Shown here one piece after another: positions 9,036 to 16,984 of a stretch of 64,000 nucleotides of DNA (position 1 is the stretch's first letter; each line of letters starts with the position of its first letter). Origin of the DNA: Bacteriovoracaceae bacterium (lineage in GTDB: Bacteria; Bdellovibrionota; Bacteriovoracia; Bacteriovoracales; Bacteriovoracaceae); contig DAIPJL010000001.1 of NCBI GenBank assembly GCA_036770305.1, positions 1,899 through 65,898 of the forward strand, in the 5' to 3' direction. The notes beneath the pieces were generated by a model, which searched no databases, was not told where the DNA came from, and worked only from the letters and a program-made list of their open reading frames with translations. The translations under genes and the position numbers were made by a program.

Positions 9036-12000
9036 CACCGTGCTGGTATTCTTCCTGCTTCTCTTCGCGGCCCTCAGCGCCGCGGCCTGGGCGTTTCTCC
9101 AGTCGCGTTCCTTCGGTCAGCTCCTGTCGCGTGCGGTGACCGAGATCTCCTCGAAACAGTTCGACACGAAGGTGCGCTTCAGCCGCGTTGGGATCCACTT
9201 CTTCCCCCCCGGGCTTTCGCTCGAGAACGTCAGCCTCCGCTACGAACGCCAGGGGACGCGCATCGACGCCGAAGCCGGGTCGCTCGGCGTGGTCTTCGAC
9301 CTGCGCTTCTACTCGCAGAACAAGCTCCACCTCGGGGAGGTCTACCTCTCGGAGGGCTTCGCGGACCTGCGCTTCGAGCCGAGCACGACGGAGAGCACGC
9401 ATCCCTGGGACCTGATCCAGTCGGAGCTCAAGAAGCTGCCGATCGACGTCGGCACGATCCGCATCACGGATAGCCGGATCAGCGTCCTCGAGACGACCGT
9501 CGACGCCCATCACCTCGAGCTCAACCCCGGCCCCGAGGTTGTCACCGTGGACGCCGAACTCAAGCTCATCAAGCACCAGTCGATGCCCAGTAGCGTCGAC
9601 GTTCTGCGCATCCGTGCGGACGTGAAGCGTGAGGTCCTGACGGCGAAGACCGTGCAGGTGATGCAGAAGAGTTCGAAGCTCCTCGCCAGTGGCGTGGTCG
9701 AAAACTGGGCCGACCGCGAGCGCCTCCGGGTGGCCGGGAACTTCGAGAGCGAGCTCTTCGTCCCCGACCTCCACGAATGGGGCGACCTCCCGGTCGTCCG
9801 CCTCGAGAGCGGAGTGCTGCGGGCCAAGGGAGAGTTCCGGTGGTCGGCGGCGGAGAAGTTCGCCGGCAGAGCGGACCTCGTGGTGTCGGGCCTGCGCTCG
9901 AACGTCGCGGTCGCCCAGCGCATCGAAGCTCAGGCGGAGGCGCGGGACCAGCGCATCTTCGTGAGCCAGTTTCGCCTGCGCAACAATGACGAAAAGCTCG
10001 AGCTGATCGAGCCCGCCGTGCTGGTGGACCTCGCGAACGACCGGCTGCTGCCGAACGCTCTCCCGCTGAGAGCCGACAAGCTCTCCCTGAGCAATGCCCT
10101 CTCGGTCCTCGGGCCCGCGCTGGCGCCGCTGAAGGGGACGCTCACCGGGAACCTCCTCTTCCGGCTCAAGGGCCAGGACCTTTTCTTCACCCCGGCGAAG
10201 GGCTTCCAGCTCGATCGCCTGCGCCTCGACGTCGACGGTGACGGCGAGAACAACATCATCGACGCACCCGTCGTCTGGCTCGAGGACACGGAACTCATGG
10301 TGGTCAACGGAACCTTCGTCGTGAAGGGTCAGGTGCGCGCGCCGCTCTCACAGGTCGAGGTCGAGGGCTTCGTGAGCCGCGACGAGGTGCGCGTCGACGC
10401 GAAGGCGAGTCAGCTGTCGCTGACAGACTTCGGCGACGTCGCGGGCCTGGGCCTCAAGGGGCGCGGAGCGAACACCATCCGCGCGCGCGGGCCACTGGAA
10501 AAGGTCAAGCTCAGCTTCGAGGGAGAACTGCGAGAGTTCGAGGTCCTCGGCTACCGCCTGGGCAACGTCCAGCAGCGGGTCACGCTCAACCTCGCCGACG
10601 GGAGCGTCGACCTCGCGTCGGTCTCGGCGCGCAAGGGACGCTACGACTTCAGCGGCTCGGGCGTCGTGAACTACAAGAACTTCTTGCTCGACCTCAGCGT
10701 CGACATCCCTGGCATCGCGTACAGCGAATTCAAAGACGCGATCCATCCCCTCGCCGATGGGCTGGCGTTCCTCCCCGAGGACTTCGATGGCCAGCTCCAA
10801 GGCGCCGTGGGCCTCTACGCGAAGGGAGACATCGCGAGCCTCGCCGTGGTGGCCGACGTCTACGCCCAGAAGCTCGTCGCCGGCGGCGAGCAGTTCCGGG
10901 ACGCGAAGTTCAGCTTTCGCTACGCGAACCGCGACATCGCGCTCAAGAACATCTCCGTCACAAAAGAAAGCGGCAAGCTCACCGGCGAGGTGGGCTACGA
11001 CCTCGCGCGCCGGCAGCTCAGCTACAACCTTTCGCTGCGAGGCCTCGCCTCGGACGAGCTGGGTTTCTACAAGCGCTCGCCCCTCGCCCTGAGCTTCCGG
11101 TCCGTGGGCGAGTTCCAGGGCCAGCAGACTCCTTCGCGCTGGCGCCACCGCGGGTACCTGGGCCTCACGCAGTCGCGGATCCACGAGCGCCTCCTCCCGG
11201 ACAGCACCTTCGAGTGGGACCTGCGCGACGACGCGGTCTTCGCGGACCTGAAGGTGGCGCGCGATTGGGTGCTGCTCTCCGCGAACTCCTTCAAGGAAAA
11301 AGTCGGGCCGACTGTCGACGCCGAACTGAGCGTCAACCTCCCCGACCTGCCGCTCTTCCTCCGGGGCCTTCTCGGTGAGAACTCGCAGCTCACGGCATCG
11401 AAGGGAGAGCTGAGCCTCGCGTCTCGCATCCGCGTGACGAACTGGGAGTGGAACCGGCTGACGGCCGGCGTCTGGCTCAAGACGCTCCGGCTGCAGACGC
11501 CGGAGATCAGCGTGGACCAGAGGTTCGACGCGCGACAGGTGGAGATCACCGACGGTGACGTGAAGCGCTGGGCACTGCAGATCGACAGCGGCGATCTGAA
11601 AGTTTCCTCCACCGCGCGCGGCGAGCTCCGCAATCGAATCGTCATCGCCAACGACGTCGACGTCGACGCGAAGTACCTCGAGCTCCTGAGCCGCCACGTC
11701 TCGCGCGCCGACGGACGGGTGCGCGCCAAAAGCCGGCACGTCCTCTCGGAGCGCGGGGTCGACTCGGAGGGTGAGGTGAGCGCCCGAGACCTCACGCTCT
11801 CGACCGAACTTCTGCCCTTCAGTCTCACCGACCTCGCGTTCAAGCTCCACCTAAAGAACCGCGAGGTCGAGCTGGAGCAGCTCAGCTTCCGGCCCGATGC
11901 GGGCCGCGTGAGCGCGACGGGGACCATGCTCCTCGCGGGCATCAACCCGGACCTGAACTTTCGCTTCGTCTTTGACCGGGCCACGGTGCCCTTCAAGTCG

Positions 12001-13020
12001 AAGTCGAGCGTGACGCTCTCCGGAGAGGCCCTGCTCTTCGGCAACCGGCCGCCCTACCTGCTGAGCGGGGACCTCGTGGTGAACGCCGGCGCAGTCCGCA
12101 ACGAGCTCACGGACTTCGCCGGCAGCGGTCCCACCGCGACGGACGCGAAGTATCTCCCGAAGGACGCCGACGCCGCGTTCGCGGGCCTGGTGACCGTCGA
12201 CGTCGGCGTGCGCACGGAGAACCCCGTGGTCGTCTCGAACTCGATGCTCGACCTCAGCCTCGCCGGCGGGCTCCAGCTCACCGGGGACCCCTCGCGGATC
12301 GCCGCCGAAGGGAAGATCGCCACCGCTAACAACCAGTCGAAGGTGTTCTTCAAGAACAGCGAGTACCAGGTGACGAAAGCGGACTTCAGCTTCTCGAACC
12401 GGCGGCCGATCACGCGGCCCGACTTTGACATCGAAGCCGGCGCGATCATCGCGAACTACAAGGTGACGGCGAAGGCCTTCGGGAGCCCGGAGAACTTCTC
12501 CTTCGACCTTTCCTCCGACCCGGCGCTGTCGAAGCAGAACATCCTCTCGCTCATCGCCTTCGGCTACACCGAGGACCTCTCCAACAGCATCACCGCCGAG
12601 GAGCGCCGGAACCTCACGAACGTCGGCGTCGGCTCCTTCATCTTCGACCAGTTCAAGGTCACGGACATCGTGAAGAAGCAGTTCGGCCTGCAGGTGAACA
12701 TGGGCACGGTCTTCGAGCAGTCGCAGGAGAGCATGCTCCAGGGCCGCACGCAGGACGCCGGCGCCGGCACTCTCGCGCGCACGCGCACGGCCACGAACAT
12801 CGAGGTGAAGAAGCGCCTCTCCGAGGCGATGAGCCTCTCGGTCTCGAGCACGGTCGGCGGCTCGATCGGGCAGCGCCAGCGGATGAACCTCAACTACGGC
12901 CTTTCCCGCAGCGTCCAGCTCGAGGGCATCTACGAGCTCCGGACGAACGCCGAAGGCACGGAAGACGTCATTGACAACTCGATCGGCGGCGACGTGAAGT
13001 TCAGGATGACGTTCAAATGA
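9022..13020 (+). CDS. tamB: TamB/AsmA-like translocation and assembly module protein
   Basis: 1332 aa. N-terminal signal-anchor (VLVFFLLLFAALSAAAWAFL), very long beta-rich body, DUF490-like C-terminus. ATGA overlap with the following Omp85 gene. Confidence 0.7.
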   Translation: MARVNTVLVFFLLLFAALSAAAWAFLQSRSFGQLLSRAVTEISSKQFDTKVRFSRVGIHFFPPGLSLENVSLRYERQGTRIDAEAGSLGVVFDLRFYSQNKLHLGEVYLSEGFADLRFEPSTTESTHPWDLIQSELKKLPIDVGTIRITDSRISVLETTVDAHHLELNPGPEVVTVDAELKLIKHQSMPSSVDVLRIRADVKREVLTAKTVQVMQKSSKLLASGVVENWADRERLRVAGNFESELFVPDLHEWGDLPVVRLESGVLRAKGEFRWSAAEKFAGRADLVVSGLRSNVAVAQRIEAQAEARDQRIFVSQFRLRNNDEKLELIEPAVLVDLANDRLLPNALPLRADKLSLSNALSVLGPALAPLKGTLTGNLLFRLKGQDLFFTPAKGFQLDRLRLDVDGDGENNIIDAPVVWLEDTELMVVNGTFVVKGQVRAPLSQVEVEGFVSRDEVRVDAKASQLSLTDFGDVAGLGLKGRGANTIRARGPLEKVKLSFEGELREFEVLGYRLGNVQQRVTLNLADGSVDLASVSARKGRYDFSGSGVVNYKNFLLDLSVDIPGIAYSEFKDAIHPLADGLAFLPEDFDGQLQGAVGLYAKGDIASLAVVADVYAQKLVAGGEQFRDAKFSFRYANRDIALKNISVTKESGKLTGEVGYDLARRQLSYNLSLRGLASDELGFYKRSPLALSFRSVGEFQGQQTPSRWRHRGYLGLTQSRIHERLLPDSTFEWDLRDDAVFADLKVARDWVLLSANSFKEKVGPTVDAELSVNLPDLPLFLRGLLGENSQLTASKGELSLASRIRVTNWEWNRLTAGVWLKTLRLQTPEISVDQRFDARQVEITDGDVKRWALQIDSGDLKVSSTARGELRNRIVIANDVDVDAKYLELLSRHVSRADGRVRAKSRHVLSERGVDSEGEVSARDLTLSTELLPFSLTDLAFKLHLKNREVELEQLSFRPDAGRVSATGTMLLAGINPDLNFRFVFDRATVPFKSKSSVTLSGEALLFGNRPPYLLSGDLVVNAGAVRNELTDFAGSGPTATDAKYLPKDADAAFAGLVTVDVGVRTENPVVVSNSMLDLSLAGGLQLTGDPSRIAAEGKIATANNQSKVFFKNSEYQVTKADFSFSNRRPITRPDFDIEAGAIIANYKVTAKAFGSPENFSFDLSSDPALSKQNILSLIAFGYTEDLSNSITAEERRNLTNVGVGSFIFDQFKVTDIVKKQFGLQVNMGTVFEQSQESMLQGRTQDAGAGTLARTRTATNIEVKKRLSEAMSLSVSSTVGGSIGQRQRMNLNYGLSRSVQLEGIYELRTNAEGTEDVIDNSIGGDVKFRMTFK

Positions 13021-15875
13021 AGGCGCTCTTCCTCGTCGCGATCCTCGGCTTCCTCTCCACCGCGGCGCGGGCCGCGCTCATCGTCGGCGAGGTCAGCGTC
13101 GACTGCGGTGCGACTCTGTCGTGCACGCAGCTGAAGCCGAAGTTCGAGGCCCTGCGCGACAGCTACCGGAACCTCACGCACCTGCGGCAGACGCTCAAAG
13201 TGATGGTCGCGACCGGCGGCGTCCGCGACTTCCGCTGGGAGCTCGTCGACGGCGTCGGGCCCCAGCTCCTGCGCGTCACTTTCCGGCCAAAGCAGACGAT
13301 CTCCTCGGTGAAAGTCATTAGCCACGATCCACAGGTGAAGAACTACGCCGAGCGCACGCTGCGGCTCCAGTCCGGCACGTGGTTCGACGACGCGGACCTG
13401 CGGGACGAGGAGCTGCACGTGCTGCAGTTCCTCGCGAGCAAGGGCTACCCGCGGGCGAGCATCGAGGTGCTACGCCGGAGCCGCGGCGACGACCTCGCGC
13501 TCATCTTCGACATCGATCCGGGCAGGCCCCAGTACCTGCGCCGCCTCGACGTGAAGACGGACTCCGCGACGGTGCGGAGCTTCGCTACGCAGAAGTTCCA
13601 GCAGCTGCTTCACAAGAACTACGACATCCAGGAGACGCGGCTCGTCGCCGACGAGCTCGAGGCCGAGCTCTTCAGCTACGGCTTCTTCCTCTCGGCGGTG
13701 GCCCTCACGCCGAAAGCCGAGGGCGAGGACGTCGTGGTCCAGGCGCTGATCACCCCCGTCGAGCAGTGGGCCTTCGACATCGTTCGGCCGCCGGCGCCCT
13801 TCGTGGACGTGAAGATCGAGTTCGGCGCCCTCGTGCGCTCCCTCTTTAAGCGCTACCGCCGCGCCGTCGACGAACCGATGCTGCGGGCAGGGATCGCCGA
13901 GGAGCTGCGCAAGCAGGGCCACCTCCAGCCGTCGATCGGCCTGCGGATGAGCCGAGTCACGAACCACCTCGGCGACGTGGTCAATCAGGCGCGCGTGGAG
14001 ATCGCTCCGGGCGAGCGCACGCGGCTGCGGAAAGTGAGCTTCCCGGGCGCGCAGCACTGGCGGGAGAAAGAGCTGCGCCGGCGCTGGCGCGCGCAGGCGA
14101 GCGACCAGGCGCTGGCGGGCTACCTCGATGAAGAGTCGCACAATGCCTTCAGCGACTGGCTTCGCTCAGAGTACATCAAGGAGGGCTTCGTGCGCGCCGA
14201 GGTGCCGAAGCCGCGGCTCGTGCTCGACGAGACGGGCCTAGAGGCCGAGCTCGAGTACACCGTGAGCGAGGGGAGCCGCGTGATCGTCGACGACGTCACC
14301 TTCGCGGGGGTCTCCGAGGCCGAGGCGCAGGAGCTGCAGGAGCTCATCGAGACGCGCCAGGGACAGCCCTTCAACCCGATCCGCTTCAGCGAGGACGTGC
14401 GCCTCATGCAGGACCACCTCCAGGGCCAGGGGTGGTACGACGCCGAAGTCGTCAACCGCGATGCGGACGACATCGTGAGCTACGGCCGCGACAAGACGTC
14501 GGTGCGCATCAACGTCGTTTTCCGCAAGGGGAAACTCATCACCTTCAACCGGCTCCTCATCGTCGGCGCGAAGGTCACTCGCAACTCGGTCATCCGGCGG
14601 CGCTCGCCCTTCGTCCGTGGCGAGCCCATCACGCCGGCGCTGGTGCGCGAGTTCGAAACGTCGGTGTCTTCACTGGGCATCTTCACGACCGTGAAGGTGC
14701 GGCCCGTGCCCCACAAGGGGCAGACTCCGCTCACCGACGTCGCCGTCGAAGTCACCGAGCGCGACTACGGCCTCATCGAGATCGCCCCGGGCTTCCGCAC
14801 GGACCTGGGCCTCAAGCTCTCCGGCACCGTTTCCTGGCTCAACCTTCTCGGAGAGAACATCTCGTCGTCGCTCACCGGGCAGGTGAACCGGCGCATCGAC
14901 CTGCAGGCCCTCGACCGCCGGCGGCGCCTCGAGAACAAGGACCTGCTGGAGTACAGTCTGACTTCGCAGCTCAACGTGCCGGACGTGGCGAACAGCTACA
15001 TCGACTATGGCCTGCAGGCCTCGGGGCAGCGCCGGCGCTTCTTCTCCTTCGACGCCGACATCGCGCGCCTCTCGAACACCATCAGCCGCGACTTCGGCAC
15101 GCGCTTCTCGGTTTCGTTGCGTCACCAGTTCGAGAGCATCAGTCAGTTCGATGCGACGAACGAAGACGACAACGGGAGCTTCGAGATCGGTGCGCTCACG
15201 CCGAGCTTCACCGCGGACTTCCGCAACACGCGCATCAACCCGACGGCCGGGGCCTGGTTCAACGTCTCCAACGAGTTCGCCAACCCCTACTTCCTCTCGC
15301 AGAACACGGAAGACCTGACGATCAACTTCTACAAACTCATCCTGCGCAACCGCTTCTACATCCCGATCCCGCGCGGGACCATCGCCATCTCGCTGGTCGG
15401 CGGCGTCCAGGAGAACCTCGACAAACGAGTGAAGAAGGATTCCAACGGCAACCCCATTGAGCAGGACGGTGTAGAACAGACGCGTGGTTACATTCCCAAC
15501 ATTAAGCTTTTCCGCCTGACGGGTACTGATATTGTGCGTGGCTTTAGTGATGAGGAGATCAATCGGCTTCCGACTGGCCGCGACATTGGTGATGCTCGCG
15601 TTCAGAATCGCGCCTACATGGCCAATTTTAAACTCGAACCTCGGTATTTCATCAATGATTCTCTTATGATGGGTGCCTTCCTCGATGCAGGTCGGGTGTA
15701 CGTGGATAGCTTTGACGCGGGCGAGCTTCGTCAGTCGGTGGGTGTGACATTTAAAGTTGTGACTCCGGTCGGGACATTGGACTTTGACTACGGGCACAAG
15801 CTCTTGAGAAAGAAGAATGAAAATGGTACCCTCGAGGCCCCTGGACGCTTCCATGTGTCAATTGGGTTCTTCTAG
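13017..15875 (+). CDS. Omp85-family outer-membrane protein assembly factor (BamA/TamA-like)
   Basis: 952 aa. Signal peptide, repeated POTRA-like modules, C-terminal beta-barrel ending in the OMP signature ...GRFHVSIGFF (terminal Phe). Confidence 0.85.
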   Translation: MKALFLVAILGFLSTAARAALIVGEVSVDCGATLSCTQLKPKFEALRDSYRNLTHLRQTLKVMVATGGVRDFRWELVDGVGPQLLRVTFRPKQTISSVKVISHDPQVKNYAERTLRLQSGTWFDDADLRDEELHVLQFLASKGYPRASIEVLRRSRGDDLALIFDIDPGRPQYLRRLDVKTDSATVRSFATQKFQQLLHKNYDIQETRLVADELEAELFSYGFFLSAVALTPKAEGEDVVVQALITPVEQWAFDIVRPPAPFVDVKIEFGALVRSLFKRYRRAVDEPMLRAGIAEELRKQGHLQPSIGLRMSRVTNHLGDVVNQARVEIAPGERTRLRKVSFPGAQHWREKELRRRWRAQASDQALAGYLDEESHNAFSDWLRSEYIKEGFVRAEVPKPRLVLDETGLEAELEYTVSEGSRVIVDDVTFAGVSEAEAQELQELIETRQGQPFNPIRFSEDVRLMQDHLQGQGWYDAEVVNRDADDIVSYGRDKTSVRINVVFRKGKLITFNRLLIVGAKVTRNSVIRRRSPFVRGEPITPALVREFETSVSSLGIFTTVKVRPVPHKGQTPLTDVAVEVTERDYGLIEIAPGFRTDLGLKLSGTVSWLNLLGENISSSLTGQVNRRIDLQALDRRRRLENKDLLEYSLTSQLNVPDVANSYIDYGLQASGQRRRFFSFDADIARLSNTISRDFGTRFSVSLRHQFESISQFDATNEDDNGSFEIGALTPSFTADFRNTRINPTAGAWFNVSNEFANPYFLSQNTEDLTINFYKLILRNRFYIPIPRGTIAISLVGGVQENLDKRVKKDSNGNPIEQDGVEQTRGYIPNIKLFRLTGTDIVRGFSDEEINRLPTGRDIGDARVQNRAYMANFKLEPRYFINDSLMMGAFLDAGRVYVDSFDAGELRQSVGVTFKVVTPVGTLDFDYGHKLLRKKNENGTLEAPGRFHVSIGFF

Positions 15876-16007
15876 TCCCCCTTAAACCTAGTAGAATTCA
15901 AGTGAAAAAAGCTGAGACTCCTTAGAAGTTTTGGCCTCTATTTCAACGCATGGCCCAGCGACGGTAACCAGGGCAGATAACTTTTATTGTTTTTTATAGA
16001 GGTGATT

Positions 16008-16454
16008 ATGTTTACTCAAAAGTCGTTCGCTCTCACAGAAGCGGACATGAAAGATAAAAAATGGTGGGTCGTTGACGCCACAGACATGGTGGTGGGACGC
16101 CTTGCCTCAGAAGTCGCGAAAGTCCTTCGCGGCAAAAACAAGCCGACTTTCTGCACGAACAATGACGCCGGAGATTTCGTCGTCGTGGTGAACGCGGAGA
16201 AGGTGAAGTTCACCGGGAAGAAGTGGGACGAAAAAATGTACCACTGGCACACCAACCACATCGGCGGCATCAAGCAGCGCACGGCGAAGGAGCAACTCAC
16301 GAAGCACCCCGAGCTGATCGTCTACGAAGCCGTCAAAGGCATGCTTCCTAAAAACACTCTGGGCCGCAAGCAGCTCACCAAGCTCAAGGTCTTCGTCGGT
16401 GCCACGCACACGCACGAAGCCCAGAAGCCCGAAGCCCTGAAACTGAACTTCTAA
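16008..16454 (+). CDS. rplM: 50S ribosomal protein L13
   Basis: ATG at 16008 preceded by GAGGTGA. Contains KKWWVVDATDMVVGRLASEVAKVLRGK. The TTG at 15987 in the track is a less likely start. Confidence 0.95.
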   Translation: MFTQKSFALTEADMKDKKWWVVDATDMVVGRLASEVAKVLRGKNKPTFCTNNDAGDFVVVVNAEKVKFTGKKWDEKMYHWHTNHIGGIKQRTAKEQLTKHPELIVYEAVKGMLPKNTLGRKQLTKLKVFVGATHTHEAQKPEALKLNF

Positions 16455-16464
16455 GGATTAGACC

Positions 16465-16866
16465 ATGAGCAAAGTTAAAGCCTACGACGTACACACTCTC
16501 GGCCGCCGCAAGACTTCAGTCGCACGCGTTTACGCGTCACGCGGTACCGGAAAGATCACCATCAACCACCGCGAGTTTTCGGACTACTTCCCCATGGGAA
16601 CTAGCCGCATCATCGTGAACCAGCCCCTGCAGCTGATGAAGCTGAACGACGCCTACGACTTTCACGTCAACGTGAAGGGCGGCGGCGTTACGGGTCAAGC
16701 CGGTGCCATCCGTCTCGGCATCGCCCGCGCTCTTTTGAAGCTCGCTCCGAACTCTCGCGGCGACCTCAAAAAAGCCGGCTTCCTTACTCGTGACTCGCGT
16801 AAGGTCGAGCGTAAGAAATACGGTAAGCACGGCGCCCGTCGTTCTTGTCAGTTCTCTAAGCGCTAA
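16465..16866 (+). CDS. rpsI: 30S ribosomal protein S9
   Basis: 133 aa. [19 protein letters not shown] motif and ...[17 protein letters not shown]-terminus. Confidence 0.96.
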   Translation: MSKVKAYDVHTLGRRKTSVARVYASRGTGKITINHREFSDYFPMGTSRIIVNQPLQLMKLNDAYDFHVNVKGGGVTGQAGAIRLGIARALLKLAPNSRGDLKKAGFLTRDSRKVERKKYGKHGARRSCQFSKR

Positions 16867-16893
16867 GACGTTCACAAACTCACTGTTTGGAAA

Positions 16894-16919
16894 GGGCCCC
16901 TCCCGGGGCCCTTTTTTTT
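16894..16919 (+). terminator. Rho-independent terminator after rpsI
   Basis: GGGCCCC-TCCC-GGGGCCC perfect 7-bp GC stem, followed directly by TTTTTTTT. Starts 28 nt after the rpsI stop. Confidence 0.8.
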
Positions 16920-16984
16920 GGCAAGACTAGGACAAGCGTTATTCGGCTTCGCCTATCGTGGCCGAGCGTCTATGCTCAGGCCCT

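Noticed and set aside
10348-11850. 500-aa and 325-aa minus-strand ORFs inside the TamB-like gene
   Set aside because: They are antisense artefacts. The plus-strand frame is continuous for 1332 codons, with coherent signal-anchor and beta-rich architecture.
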